From positions 6,326,001 through 6,390,000 of the forward strand of contig NC_045697.1 of the NCBI RefSeq assembly GCF_009834535.1: a stretch of DNA of 64,000 nucleotides, written 5' to 3'. The stretch is from Camelus ferus. Taxonomy: Eukaryota. Shown piece by piece: positions 26,675 to 40,839 of the stretch. The notes beneath the pieces were generated by a model, which saw nothing but the letters and a program-made list of their open reading frames with translations, had not been told where the DNA came from and did not search any database. Within the stretch, counting starts at the first letter, position 1. Each line of letters starts with the position of its first letter. Made by a program: the position numbers and the translations under genes.

Positions 26675-28068
26675 TTTTAAATTGAAGTGTAGTTGATTTA
26701 TAATATTATTTCCAGGTATACAGCATACTGGTTGAATATTTTTGCAGATTCTACTCCATAATAAGTTATTACAAGATAATGGCTGCACATTCCTGTGCTA
26801 TACAATGTATCCTTGTTGCTTACCTATTTTATGCATAAAATGTTTTTATGCATATATATGTGAGTCCCAAACCCCTAATTTGTCCCTCCCCCATACCCTC
26901 TTCCCTTTATGAACCACAAGTTTGTTTTCTATATCTGTGAGTCTGTTTCTTTTTTGCATATACATTCATTTGTATTATTTTTTAGATTCCACATTTAAGT
27001 GATATCATACAGTATTTCTTTCTCTGATTTGCTTCGCTAAGCATAATCTCTGGGTCCATCCATGTTGCTGCAATGGCAAAATTCCATTCTATTTCATGGC
27101 TAAGTAATATTCCATTGTGTATACAGATACCACATCTTAATCCAGTCAACCTGTCAGTGGGCACTTGGGTTGCTTCCATGTCTTGGCTATGGTAAGTGGT
27201 GCTGCTGTGAACATTGGAGCGCATGCGTCTTTTTGAATTAGTGTTTTTGTTTTTTTCTGGCTATATACCCAGGGATGGAATTGCTGGATGATATGGTAAT
27301 TCTGTTTTCTAAGGAACCTCCATACTGTTCTCCATAGTGGCTGCACCAATTTACATTCCCACCAGCATTATAGAAGGGTTCCTTTTACTCCACACTCTCC
27401 CAGCATTTAATATTTGTAAACTTTTTAATGACTGCCATTCTGACAGTGTGAAGTGTGATACCTCATTGTAGTTTTGATTTGCATTTCTCTAATCATAAGC
27501 AATATTGAGCATCTTTTCATGTGCCTGTTGTCCTGTATGTCTTTGGAAAAATGTCTACTTAGGTCTTCTGCCCATTTTTGATTGGATTGTTTGCCTTTTT
27601 TTGTTGTTTAGTTGTGTGAGCTATTTGTGTATTTTGGAAATTAGTCCCTTGTCGGTTGCATTGTTTGCAAATATTTTCTCCCATGCTGTAGGTTGTCTTT
27701 TCATATTATTTGTGGCTTCCTTTCCCATGCAAAAGCTTTTACATTTACTTAGGTCCCTTTGGTTTATTTTTACTTTTGTTTCCATTACTCTAGGAGACAG
27801 ATTCAAGAAAATACTGCTGAGATGTATGTCAAAGAGTGTTTGGCCTTTGTTTTCCTCAAGGAGTTTTATAGTATCCAGTCTTACATTTAGGTCTTTAATC
27901 CATTTTCAGTTTATTTTTGTATCTGGTGTTAGAGAATGTTCAAATTTCATTCTTTTACGTGTAGCTATCCAGTTTTCCCAGCACCACTTATTAAAGACTG
28001 TCTTTTCTCCATTGTATATTCTTGCCTCCTTTGTCATAGATTAATTGACCATAAGTGCATGGGTTTAA
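26675..28068 (-). mobile_element. L1 3' portion (ORF2 C-terminus plus 3' UTR)
   Basis: Minus-strand peptides KRQPTAWEKIFANNATDKGLISKIHK and [14 protein letters not shown]. Confidence 0.92.
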
Positions 28069-28899
28069 GTTGTCTTTCTGTAACTCCAAACAGACATTTT
28101 AAAACTTTCTGACTCCATCACCCATGTCCCCTGATGGCTCTCTTAGATTTCCACTTCTGTGCGTCGTTATACTGTAATTGCTTGCGCTCTATCTTCTACC
28201 TCACTCTTTCTCTCAGCCCTCCTTATCCAATCTGCTATTAACTCAGCCCCTGATTCTCACCTCTGTAATTCTGTGAACCAGAAACTTCTTGGCCACTTCA
28301 GATCCCCTGTACCTCACTTGCATTTTGTTCTAGCTGTTGCTGTGGAGAGTTTCCTTTGAATTTGTGAAGGTGCAGACAGAGAGTGCCTGGCCCCGTCCTC
28401 AGTGCCTGCCTGTTATTCCAAAGCATGAGAGGGTCTGGGTCCATGCCCTGGTGGCAACTGAGCACGGCACGCGGCCCCATGGTACCCAAAGTGACTGCGT
28501 AACCTGCCATGTGCCCCAGAGAGTTTTGATGAGCTCTACTAAATGTTCAGACTCACACACTTTCATTGACTTAGAAGGATATGGGTCAGAAACCACAGCT
28601 GCCAGCGTGACAGAATCAGGAGCTCCTTTTCCAGTGTGACTCCTTCTAATACTTCACTGAGCAGTCCATGCAGCTGCCTGAGACAGCTCAGGTTCAAGCT
28701 ACTGTGATCCACATTGAACAAGAACTGCTCTGACTTAAAAGCCTCTTTCCACAGAGGAGCCCATATCTTTTGTAATACCACCACTGGTGTAGTTTCCAGG
28801 ATCCCCTGTGCTGGTTACAAGAGTCGCTGCATGCAGAGAAACTCAAACTATGGTATCCCCATCAAGAGTTTATAGTTCCTCAAAGTCCAGATTTGGTTT

Positions 28900-29765
28900 A
28901 CCTACCAGGGTCATTTTTACCATAAGCAAGTTTGCCTAGTAACATTGTTGAAATTTACCAGCTTACTAGGCTCTCAGAGCTAGAGATTTAATCAAATTCT
29001 CAAGAAGAAGGGGCAAGAGTCTCGTTAACCCCAGTCACATGGTCAGAATTGCCCATGGTGTGCACTGTCAGACCCACAAAGTCATAAGGTTGGGCAGTCC
29101 GACCACAAAATGACGCACATGAGGTTGGGGCTGAGCAGGTCCAGAGGGCACAGGTAAGCGCTCTTAGCTTACATGGTTGACCTGATTTTGGGGAGTTCGC
29201 CAAGACTTGCTAATAGAGGAAGAAAAGCTCCGGCTTGATGAAGTCGGCATGGAATGTGGGTGCGAGTGGGAAATGAAACTGCTGGGCGCCACAGCCTCGC
29301 CTGGAGGTGGCCCTTGACAGAAAGCGGACAGGGATCAGGCTGCGCCTGGCCAATGACTTCATGTGGAGAAAGAAGTGGCCTGAAGTAAGGCTTTCCATGG
29401 ACCCATGAGCAGTGAGAAATGACTGGGCCGGGTTGATCAGGGACCAGCAAGACACACTACTGGAAGAGACCACTTCCATGAGAGTTCTACAAGGATTGTG
29501 AGCCCTAGGAGAAGCACCTCATGCAGCCAATTCCAGTATAATCAGGAATGACGGCTAGACAGATGTAGCAAATTGATGACCTTAGCAGCTCCCAGTCATG
29601 GAAAGAGCATTTTCTCTGATGGGGCACAGATGTGCTGGGAGGGAAAGCCGACTGAGTAAGGCTTGATAGGAAGTGAAGTGTTGCTGGTAAGAAGGGCCTT
29701 AAACAAAAGGGAAATTCCTGGGACCACACATTCTAGCATCAAGTCTACCAACAACCCAGACAGGT
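28900..29765 (+). mobile_element. ERVL pol (tether/RNase H) remnant
   Basis: Decayed ELPMV..SDPQSHKVG..AGPEGT and FMWRKKWPEVRLSMDP*AV..., parallel to ERVL VHFAWKEKWPDVRLYTDSWAV. Confidence 0.7.
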
Positions 29766-29767
29766 GC

Positions 29768-30210
29768 AGTGCGATGCTTAGTTTTTGGTGTCAACTTGAC
29801 TGGGCTAAGCAATGCCCATGTGTCCGGTGAAACAGTATTTCTGGGTGTGTCTCTGAGGGTGTTTCTGGATGAGATTAGCATTTGAATGAGTAGGCTGAGT
29901 TAAAAAAAAAAATCACCTTCAGCAATGCAGGGGAATATCTCCCAATCCACTGAGGGCTTGAATAGAATGAGAAAGCAGAGGAAGGGCATTCATCTATTCC
30001 TGCCCTTGGACATCGGTGCTCCTGGATCTCAGGCCTTCCGACTCTGAATCACACCACTGGCTTTCTTCATTCTGTAGCTTGCAGGTGGCAGGTTGTGGGA
30101 CCTCTTGTCCTCTGTATTCATGTGAACCAGTTCCTATAGTGAAATCAATCAATCAACCAATCAATCTATATATATATTCTACTGGTTCTTCTCTGGGGAA
30201 TTCTAATGCA
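29768..30210 (+). mobile_element. MLT2-type ERVL LTR
   Basis: gtgtcaacttgactgggctaag...tatttctgggtgtgtctctgagggtgtttctggatgagattagcatttgaat is the characteristic MLT2 5' end. Confidence 0.85.
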
Positions 30211-30849
30211 ACCAGTCATTCCGCGGAGGTCGTCAGGCCAGGCTGCAGCCCTGGTGCACCCCCTCGTATTGAGGATGTGAAGAGAAAACCCTGAGGATAC
30301 GATGAAAAGTATGAAGACCTTGTGTCTCTTACCCCCATCACCAGGGCTTTGTGGAAGCTGCATTCTGCCCTTCTAGTTCTCTTTTGAAGAGTTGCAGGAA
30401 GAGGACAGACTTTATAAGAGAGGGATTTCCCCTGGGTTACCAAAGCAGAAACTGATTTAGGTAAAGACACCATTTAAATTAAGGGAAGGTGAGCATGCTC
30501 GAGTTTACTGAATCCAAATTTCTCCCTTCACGACCCAGTGGAGGGGGAGCATCTGAGAGGACTGGTAATTTGGAAACTGCCACAATCACGATTGTGGTCT
30601 CCTTGAGAATGAACCTGTGAGTTTGTGAATAGCTGCTGGCATGTATTGATTTTGTTTTGGTTGGTTTAGTTTGATTTTCTTCTGAGATCAGTCACTGAGG
30701 TCTGTGGAGATGGTTATTGTCAGCAGAATAATGAGCTGGGGTCAAGGAGTCAAGGTTTTTCCCTTTGAACCAAATCCATTGTAAAGCCTCCAGACAATAG
30801 AAAACTTAGTGTAAGCCACTAGAGTGAGTGACTTAGAGTCTAAGAGCAA

Positions 30850-31800
30850 CTGTAGTTACATAACTTGAAAAATAGAAACTATTGGAGACCCTTAGGAGAT
30901 GGTGGGACAATACCAAATGTGCCCACAAGGCAGGTCGTTCTAATCCTAGAAGCAAAGGAGAGAGAAAACTGGACAGACATATGTGGAGAAATAAGTGAAG
31001 TGAAGAAATGATAGTCAAACTTTTTCAAAGTAGGGTAAAGACATAAATGTGCAGATCTAGGAAGTTCAGCAAATCCTAAATGGAATGAACACATGAAACC
31101 CTTGGCTGCACACATCTTAGACTACTGAGCCCCAAAGATGAAAAGAGTTTTGCAAACGTACAGAGAAAAAGGTATAATACAGGGGACAATGATTAAGATT
31201 GTCACCGACTTCTCAGAAACTATAGAAACTAAAAGACAAGGGGGGATATCTCAAATTGCTTGAAGAAACAGCTTTCGACCTAGAATTCTGTATTGAGCAA
31301 AATTGTCCTTCAGGGACGAAAGTGAAATAAGACATTAGCAGATGAAAGAAAATGCAGAGAATTTGTCGTCTGTCATTTCCTGTTGTGTGGAAAGGCTAAA
31401 GTCAGTTCTTCAGGTTGAAGAGAAAAAGTACGAAGGAGAACTCGAGTCTTCAGGAAGGAATAAAGCCCGTCACTGGAAGTGGTGAATCTGTAGGTAAATA
31501 TTTAAGGCTATTTTTCCTCTTCATTTTTGGTTTAAACAGTTCTATGTGTTTTAAAGAAACTAATTTTCTTATGAGGGTTATATGTTTATGGAATACATAT
31601 GATATAGAAAAATGGTGGTGGGTAAATAGACAAGATTTACAAGATTTTTACACATTTTGTGAAGTGGTACATTCGACATAGAGTGTGAAGTCAGGGATGG
31701 ATATTGTAATTCCCAGAGGAACAATTTAAAAAAGAAAAAAAAAAAGCTAAAAGGCCAATAGCCAATAGATAAATTAAAATAGAATCCATTTCATAAAGGG
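30850..31800 (+). mobile_element. Old L1M ORF1 fragment
   Basis: A-rich ORF1 C-terminal-like sequence (gacttctcagaaactatagaa...cctagaattctgtat...aaaattgtccttc...gtgaaataagaca). Confidence 0.7.
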
Positions 31801-31939
31801 AACCATGACTCTCAAAAATAACTCCTGAACAGAGTGGAGGTGGAGGAAGGTGGGGCAGGGATGTGGGCCAATGGGCCAAGACTTCCTTTGAGAAGAAGAT
31901 TGAAAGAAAAAAAAGACTACCTGTAATTTTCCTTCAGTT

Positions 31940-32593
31940 TGGGAGCCGATAGGGTAGGGGGTCCCCGTAGGAAAAGAATCACTTACAGCTTTTTGACGTA
32001 AGAGAAGCCGTTGTAGGCCCAAGCCTTGTCGTGAGCTAAGCCTGGCCACAGCGCCTGCCCTTGAACGGGTCTCAGCAATAAAGATCTTAAGGGAAAAAAA
32101 TAAGCTGTCGTCAGGAAGAGGAAGAACACTGGAAGGTAATCAATCAGCTGGAGAGGCTCGGCTGTGCTCAGTGGGACACAGGAGCCTGAGGCGCTTTGCT
32201 GAGCCGTCTTCCAGGTTTTAACCCCACCCTCCACCCCCAGGACTCAACCTCCGGTCAGCTAGAGCCTGAGGGGTGATGATGCTGACCTTTTTTGACCCTA
32301 GTGGTTTCAACTGAAGCTTGGGCTCTGTCAGCCTTTGCCCCAGTTCTATGCTGCCATGTATCTCTGCTCCAGTCCCTTCATGAATATGCATACACCACGC
32401 AAGCCCCTCCATGAATATGAATGTTCCCTTAGCTTAAATCTTCCCCGATTTTGCTGTCCTGGAAGACACTGGTTTGGAAAAGATCCCTGGTGTTCCCCTT
32501 ACTTGCTGCAAGTAAGGAATGTTTCCTTCTCATCTTTGGCTTCTGATTTATGGCTCGAACCCACCAAGAAGCGAAAACAGTTTTCGGGCAACA
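31940..32593 (+). mobile_element. ERV1-type solo LTR with a 4-bp target-site duplication
   Basis: TG...CA termini flanked by AGTT at 31936-31939 and 32594-32597. Confidence 0.7.
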
Positions 32594-33499
32594 AGTTCAC
32601 ATACGTGAACGTCAAACTATGATCCAGAATATAGTGGCACCACTTACAATTGTTGGCAGTTTACAAAGTACCTCCAAGAAGCTCTGAGAGCAATTTAGAG
32701 TTAAATTCCTTTACCCTCTACAGCAAATCCAGAGCCTAGGATTTTTCTTTTGACTAACTGAGCACTGCCATCTGGTGTGTAATTGTAGGAAATAACAGGG
32801 ATTGAATTCCCAAAAGGAAGGTCCTTTAAAATAAGAGAGCCATTGTCTTTTAATGTTTGTCTCCTTAACCTCATTTTACAAATGAAAAAAGACTCAGGAT
32901 ATCAAAAGAGAGGTCGGAACAGCCTCGCACAGGCCACTGCAACTAACTTGAAAGGGTAGGATGAACCTTTACAGGTAGCACTTGAATGAGCCTCGAGGTG
33001 AAAGGGAGGGGTGGCCTGGGGGGACGGGTGGAGCCCTGGGAAGGCCGGAGTCTAGTGAGGAGCTCGGACTCAGGGACAGGGCTGGGGCACCCCTGAGCGT
33101 GGCCATTGCCTGGCTGGATGCTGAGGTTGGGTCCCCTCAGGTATAAAACTGGACAACGATTCCAGCCTCTAATCCTCCCAGCGACCCATGTACTGTTTTA
33201 AGTGCAACATCAGTCACGACAAGTATGTAATGAATATTAGCTGTGTTTTTTTTTCCCCACTTAGACTAGAAAGAAATATAGGAAGTTAATTAAAAATTCA
33301 CCAGCACCTTTGGGTTCAACTCCATGTTAGCCCCATTCTCCCACAAATGAAAGGAGTTAAATGACAGGAGTCCTCCCGACTAGGCAGGATGTAAACAAAG
33401 AGAAAACAATAGAAATGACTACCCTTATCGAGAGTTTACCAAGCACCCAGCGCTGATCTACGTGTGTTACGTGTATTAACTCACTTAATCTTAAAATAC

Positions 33500-34400
33500 T
33501 TTTTCCCAGCTTTGAGGTATGATTGACAAATAAGTTGTACGTACTTAAGTTGTATAATATTTTTAAGGTGTACAACACGATGATTTAATATACATACATA
33601 CTGTGAAATGATGAACACAATCAAGTTAACACGGCCATCACCTCACATAGGTACTTTTTTTCTGTGTGTGGTGAGAACTCTTAAAATTTACTTTACTAGA
33701 AGATTTTCAGCCTACAGTGCTCTACGGTATACAGTACTCTACAGTCTACAGTGTTCTTCCTTATTTCTCTTAACAGTGTTGTCCAGGTTTATCCATGTTG
33801 TTGCAAATAACAGGGTTTCCTCCTTTTTATGGCTGAATACTATTCTATTCTATGTATGTACCCACATACACGCCCTCTACGTTTTCTTTATCCATTCATG
33901 TGTTGATGGACATGGGTTGTTTCCATATCTTAGCTATTGCCAATAATGCTGCAATAAATCCTGGGAGGTAGACACCTCTTTGAGTTGATGATTTCATTGC
34001 TGTTGGATATGTACTTAGAAGAGGAATTGCTGGATCATATGGTAGATCTACTTTTAATTTTTTGAAGAACCTCCATACTGTTTTCCACAGTGGCTGCACC
34101 AATTTACATTCCCACCAGCAGCCTGCTAGGGTTCCTTTTGCTCCGCCTTTTTGCCCGTAGTTCTCTCTTGTCTTTTTGGTGCTAGTCATCGGAGACGTGA
34201 TATCTCATTGTGGTTTCGATTTGCATGTCCCTGATAATTAGTGATGTTGAGCACCTTTTCATGTACCTGTCGACCATCTGTATGTTTTCTTTGAAAAAAA
34301 GTCTATTCAGTTCCTCTGCCCATTTTCAATTGGGTTTAGCTCTTGTTGAACCGTATGAGTTTCTTATATATTTTGGATATTAGTCCCCTATTAGTTTCAT
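33500..34400 (-). mobile_element. L1 3' end
   Basis: Minus-strand peptide [35 protein letters not shown]. Confidence 0.9.
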
Positions 34401-34809
34401 GGCCGTGTTCAGTAGGAAAAGCATGAAGTGACCTTTAATGATATACCTACTTGGGTAGCTAAGGTAGGGTTACCCCCAAAAACACATGATGTCCAGTTAA
34501 ATTTGATTTCAGACAATATGCTACTTTTTTGTACATGTTTCAGAGTGTATAGGATATATTTATACTAAAAAAATTAACAGGGCATCTATATTTTTATTTG
34601 CTAAATCTAGAAATCCTAAAGAATACATTCCATGAGCACAGTTTTGAGGCAAAGAAGTCCAAGACATCAAGCCACTGTGTGTTGATAGATTTCCTCCATA
34701 TTTGCATAGAGTTTAGTATCTCATTTGGAAAAGTAGGGGTGCTGATAGTAGCTGCTTCATGGGCGTGTTGCCATGAGAATTTAAAGGTTCTGAACCTGAT
34801 TCCAACATG

Positions 34810-35635
34810 TGTGTGTGGTACTGGTGGTGGTGCCGGGGGTGGGGGGGGAGGTGTTTCCACACCAGCATCTATTGTCCAGAGAATATTGTCCAGCTGGATA
34901 TCCTAAAATTCAACTCAATTCTTGCACTTTCCACCCTGAGGTAGCATCAGATTCACAGGTGAAGGGCTTGGTCCTAAAAGACTGCCGCCCACCCCCATCC
35001 CACCTCAGACACTAGTCACAAGCCCAGGTTGTCACCTGTGCTTCTGACCAACCACCTATTGTTTGGAACTTCTCACAGCCTCTTCCTTGGGTTCAATTAA
35101 TTTGCTAGAGCAACTCACAGAACTCAGAGAAACATGTTACTTAGTGGATTACTGGTTTATTATGAAAGGATATAACCTAGAAACAGCCAAATGGAAGAGA
35201 TGCATCGGGCAAGGTATGAGGAAAAGGCACAGAGCTTCCATATCTTCCCCAGGCGTGCCATTCTGCCAGGTACCTCCACATGTTCACCAGCCCGGAAGCC
35301 CTCTGCGCCCAGTCCCTTCAATGGAAGCTTCATTACCTATGCACGATTGGTTAAATCATTGGCCATTGGCAATTGATGATTGGACTCGATCTTCAGTCCC
35401 TTCTGCTCCCCAGAGGTTGGGGGTGGTTAGGGTGAGACTGAAAGTCACCTGGGTGTCTACACTGGCAGCCAGCCCCATCCTTAGGTGTGTGTTCCAAAAG
35501 TCACCTCTTCAACATAACAGAAGACACCTTAATTGCTTTCATCACTTAGGCAATTGCAAGAGTTTTAGGAGCTCTGTGCCAGAAGTGAGGATGAAGACCA
35601 AATATATTTTTCTTATTATAAATCACCGTATCACA
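34810..35635 (-). mobile_element. MER21-like LTR
   Basis: The reverse complement begins tgtgatacggtgatttataataagaaaaatatatttggtcttc, resembling the MER21 5' end. Confidence 0.75.
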
Positions 35636-37189
35636 GAGTTCAGGGATTTCATGGAAAGCATAGCACAGCACTGGAAGGCAACAGAGTTGGCAGGTGTTAG
35701 AGGTGATTTCCTCTGTCTAGAATTCCTTCTCAGCTGAGTCTGGCTTACTACTCCCTTCACTTGGCTCACACCTACTCAACCGCTGACTCAGCTCAGACAG
35801 AGCTTTCAGAAGGCCCTCCAAGCTTCCTGGGCTGGGCGGTGGGGGAGAGGCTGCCTGAATCACCTGGGACCACGTCCGTCTTTGCTTTTCCCAAGCTGCC
35901 TCCTGACTCGCTCCCTCCTCTGAAATTCTTTAGGGCTGAGATGCTGTCTTTGCCTTTGCATCTCCAGCTCCTAACATCGTTTGAACTGAGTTGAAGGGAA
36001 ATGTTATTTTCCTCCTGAGGCCAACAGGGAGCATGAGAACTGAGCAACAAACATCTTAATTTTCCTGGATCCTTTGGCTTGCTGTTTTCCAGTTGTTTTC
36101 CCAGTACACATAATTTAGAGCTATTACCCCTGTCTGCTTCCATCCTGTTAGGCGAGGCAGGTGACATGTTGGGAGAGACAGGTCTTGTGAATGTGAAGGA
36201 ACGGGATTAACTTGACAGACATTCCCTTTTCCTTCCAACAAAAGCAGCTCTTTTCTCTCCGTTGTTCACTGGCCTTGGAATGACGGATTGTGAAAATTGA
36301 ATCAACCTCTTCTTTTATTACAGCACCTTTACTAGGCCCAGCTAAAGATTCTAAAGCTTTCTGGCAAAAGAAAAAAGAAAAAAAAACAACAACAACAACA
36401 ACACAACAACGAAAAAAGCGAGGGAACAGGGGAGCACAGCGCTCTCCTGGCAGCCTCTCTGCCTTTCCCCGGGTCCTGCCTCACCCTCCATGACTGGACG
36501 GCGGGCGCACATTTCCTAGGTGAGGGCAGCGCATGGCACTCCTGAGTTAGAACCAGACTGCAGGGAAGGCAGCTTGTGAGTTTGATTTGTTTTCATGAAT
36601 CATGACCTCTGAAAGCTGCTTGGCTTTTGTACTAAGGAAAGCAGAGAGCTGGGAAATGAGTGTCTGTCTATCTCCTTTGAAGATGAGTAAACCAGGACTC
36701 GGGCAGGTCAAGTAATCTTCCCAGGGCCACCCGCCTAGTGAGGGTTAGTATTTATTTCCCACAAGGGCTGTCGGGAGGAGAGAATCAGACAAGGAATATA
36801 CAACATCTAGCAGGATGCTGGTACCCAGGGGCACTTAACACAGTTTGGCACACCCAACAGCTAGAAAGACCGGTCCCAAAATGCCCCTGACAGCTCCCTT
36901 TTCAGATTTTCTGTTTCCCCCAAGACGGATGTCCTGACACCCTTACCCCCATTTCCCAGTTTCACATGCAGGACGGATATTCTGCTCTCTTCCCCGGAAG
37001 TGTGTGAGGCGCCCTTCCTGCTCTTCCCTTTGACCTTCACCCCTGCCCAGAGGAGCCTGTCGCGTTAGAGTAAGACCTGAGCGTGCGTGGTCCCCACCGT
37101 GATGCTCATTCTTTTCTGATTCACCCTGCCCACGGGACGCATGCCTTCTGCGTCCTCTTGTGCAGCACTGACAAGGGCACACTGGTCCT

Positions 37190-37945
37190 GTAAGAAAAGA
37201 CCGTATCCATCCAGTGGGGTGGATGCGTTGATTGGGTGTCAGGGCCCTACATCCATGTCAAAAATCACAGATGTGTATTAGGACCACACACGTAAGCTAC
37301 ATTCTCCAGTCCAGTTGTGCCACTAGGGAAGGTGACGTGTTTCCACCACCTGTCTGACCTCTGTGTCGTCTCTCAGTTGATTGCAAGTGTGGGAGTGGAT
37401 CAAAGGGTTTTAGGAAGGTCAGTGAATGACGCTAATACCTTGATCCACTGGAACTCTTGAGACACAAATTCTGGTGGCTGGAGATAAAATGAGTGAGGAG
37501 CCAAGATCAAGGCTTTGGGCTAAACCAGGGCATAAGACCTTCGATTTTAGTAATAATCGTGGTTGGCGGGACAGAGAGTTTATTTCTCCGTTGCTCACAA
37601 GGAAGCAGCTATCTTTATTTGATCAACTCAGTGCCCAGGATTTGTATCACAGGCTGGTTTCTGAGTCAGTGTGAGCTTCCCTGGTAGACGGCACTTCACG
37701 TGTGTGGTCACGACTTGTTGCTCTAAGCACTGAGCGTGTCCCATGTGACTCTGCTGTGAGCAGATGGGTGGGGGCTCCCGCCTGGTGTCCTCTGGACTTC
37801 ACCCCATGTGCCTGTTCCTTTTGCTGATTTCATTTTGAACCTCTTCACTGTAACACTTCTTGACCATGATTGCAAATGCATACTGCCCCCTGTGAGTTCC
37901 TCTAGTGTGTCACTGAGCCTGAGGGTGCTTTTGGAGACCCCGACA
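37190..37945 (+). mobile_element. ERVL-type LTR (MER68/MER77-like)
   Basis: gtgagcttccctggtag...ccatgtgactc...tcactgagcctgagggtg...gaccccgaca terminus. Confidence 0.6.
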
Positions 37946-38259
37946 GAGACACTTGACGGAGAGCTTGGAAAGCGAAAATGAAAATTAGGAAGAGGAAAAA
38001 AAAACTGACTTGGAAAAGCTAAGGAAAAGGAAGGTTTTTAAGAAAACTGGAATGATAATTTTCAAATGCTGCTGAGCAAGAAATTAAAATGCAGCTCTTG
38101 ACGCTGTTCACACAAAGCTGCAGCAAGACGCCCGGGGCAGAAGGCCGGGGTGGGGGTGCCACACTGAGGCACGGGAACGCACACTGCGCGTGTCTTTTAA
38201 AGGCAGACTAACAGTGTCAGGAATAGACACCAGGGAAACTACACACATGCTGTGCACAC

Positions 38260-39250
38260 GTGCCTGGTGGGTTGAATTTTGTCCCCCCAGAAGATACGTT
38301 CAATGAGAACGTATTTGGAAATTGGGTCTCTGCAAATGCAATCAAATTACGTTGCACCATGCTAGATTAGGGTGAGCCCCGAATCCCTTACAGCTGATGT
38401 CCTTAAGAGAAGAGGGGACATTTAGACACAGACTCAGACACACATGCCAAATGAAGACTGAAGCACAGATTGTAGTCATTGTTGTGGGGCACAACGCGGT
38501 GGTCATGGGCCAGTGTGCATGGTGGTAAAAGAATTAACCAAGAACCAAAGACCATGAGGATTTAAGAACAGAGGGCAGGTTTAATAGATATGCTTCTACA
38601 GACAACAGCGGGCTACACAGGCGAGAGGTGCCTGCACGAGCACCAAGGGGGGCATGCAGGGTCTTTTACTGGGGGGTAAGGGGTCCGTGAACACAAGGAG
38701 TAGGGGTCTCCATGGTCAGTCTGGGCGCAGGTACCAGGTTGGTTGTAAGACCTGTCAGGGACTTCTCTGAATAATAGAATTTACGACTTTGATAAGGGCA
38801 GGATGTGAGACCTGGCACCCAGGGTATTGTGAGATGAGCTGTTTCCTGGGGTGATGGGTTTTGTTAGGGTAAACACACATCAAGAGATGTTTTTTTATCC
38901 TGCAGAAATGCAGGATGAGGAGTGGGCCTGCAGTGGGGAGTGGGGGTTAAGTTGTGGGGCTGCAGGCACACTGAGAGCCCAGGCGTGGGGGTTTTATGAC
39001 TCCAGGGAGTGCCAGCTGGCTCCACAGCCCTGAATCTACAAGCCAAGGAACCCCAGAGATTTCTGGCAACTACCAGAAGCAAGAAGAGGCAGGAAGGATT
39101 CTTCTCTGGAGACTGGAGAGAGAATGGCCCTGCTGACATCCTGATTTTGGATTTTTAGCTTCCAGCGCGGTGAGAGAATGTATGTCTGTTGTTCTCAGCC
39201 ACTCACCCAGTTTGTGGCGCTTTGTGATGGCGGCCCCGGGAAACTAACGC
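38260..39250 (+). mobile_element. MLT1 MaLR LTR interrupted by a younger LTR-like insert at about 38480-39030
   Basis: MLT1 motifs (ggtgggttgaattttgtccccc; ctacaagccaaggaa...ccagaagc...ccctgctgaca) flank an unrelated block of about 550 bp. Confidence 0.7.
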
Positions 39251-40369
39251 TTGCACAAACACACACAGACGTGTAATTGTCAAGGACCTGATGTGAATTT
39301 TGTCCTTAATCCTTTAAATGCCTGAGTGTTTTCACTTTTGTTTTACCAACTACAAATGAGCAATAAGTTGAATAGACGCAAAAGCACTTCAACAGGGATT
39401 ACAGTTCAAGCAAACTAATCATTAGTCAGAGAACTTGACCACTGCGTGGGCCCCATGTGGGCTGACATTTCCACTAGAGCCCAGGAGGCCCCGGGTCAGA
39501 TTCGGGGGAACAGGACTGCCCCAGTTTTAGCAAGTCCCTGTACAAAAGCCAAATGAAGGCTCAGATACACATGTGCAAGTATTTAAAAGGTATTTTCTCA
39601 ATCATGTGTTAACTCGATGTGGTCTCTCCTCCTACCTGACAAGTATAACTTCATGATAAGAGAATTTAAAATCTGTGAAAAGTCATGGCTTTATATGACT
39701 GAATGCCAGCAAAATACCAAAGATGACCAAATTTAACTATGCACGTCTACATTTCTGCCAACGGGCTGGCAGTGTTTAGATGCGTAATGAAATAAACATA
39801 GACATGACTTATAAATTAATTAGCATTTCAAACTCTCTATTTAGCTCACTTTCAACTCAGTGAAGTCATTAGTCATGCTTTTATAATCATGATTTTCACA
39901 TACTTTGTATTCTGTTGACTGAAATGACCGAAACATATTAAAATCAATGTAAAAAATAAAAAGAACGTTCACATATTTTCCAATAAAGTTTATAAATATC
40001 CATTATAAAAGTAAATGGAAATTTTTAAAAAAGTATAAATAAAAAATTTAAGTTGTTTGAATGAAGGAAAACACTTAATCTAAAAATATAATTGAACTAC
40101 ATTAATTTTTAATGAAAACCAAACTAACTGCAAATGTAACGTTCTGCGGGAGGAACTGGGGGCGGGTGTTGCTTGCATTCGCCTGGATGTCCTGACGAGG
40201 GTGGTGAGGAAGAGGGTGGAGTGACAGTCTTCCTTGTTGTTCACTCCAGGCACCAGTCACGCGTGAAAGGTCACTGAATCTGATCCGTGCGTCTGCAGAA
40301 GCACAGGCAGCCCCGCCAGCACATCTTACCTGAGTCTGAGACTTCTTTAGTTTAGAATCCAGGATGATT

Positions 40370-40839
40370 TTTTTTTAATTGAGGTATAGTCAGTTTACAA
40401 TGTTGCGTCGACTTCTGTCATAAAGCACACAGTTCCAGTTATACATACATATGTGCCTTTTCAGTATAGATTACTGCAAGATGGAGAATACAGTTTCCTG
40501 TGCTCTGCAGGAGGAAATTATTGATCTATTTTATGTATGGAAGTTAGTGCGCAAATCTTGAACTCCCAGCTTATCCCTTCCCACCCCACTTCCCTCCTGA
40601 TAACCATAAGTTTGTTTTCTGTCTGTGAGTCTGTTTCTGTTTTGTAAATAAGTTCATTTGTACCCTTTTGTTTTGATGCCACATATAAGTGATACCATAT
40701 GGTATGTTTATTTCCCTGTCTGACTTACTTCACTTAGAATGATGATCTCCAGGTTCATCCATGTTGCTGCAAATGGCGTTATTTTATTCTTTTTATGGCT
40801 GAGGAGTATTCCGTTGTATAAATATACCAGAGCTTCTTT
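40370..40839 (-). mobile_element. 5'-truncated L1 3' end with a 13-bp target-site duplication
   Basis: TSD atccaggatgatt at 40357-40369 and 40840-40852, with a poly(T) head on the plus strand. Confidence 0.88.

Noticed and set aside
27505..28044. 179-aa hydrophobic plus-strand ORF
   Set aside because: Antisense reading of L1 ORF2.
35063..35737. 224-aa plus-strand ORF
   Set aside because: Lies mostly within a MER21-like LTR and has no recognisable protein features.
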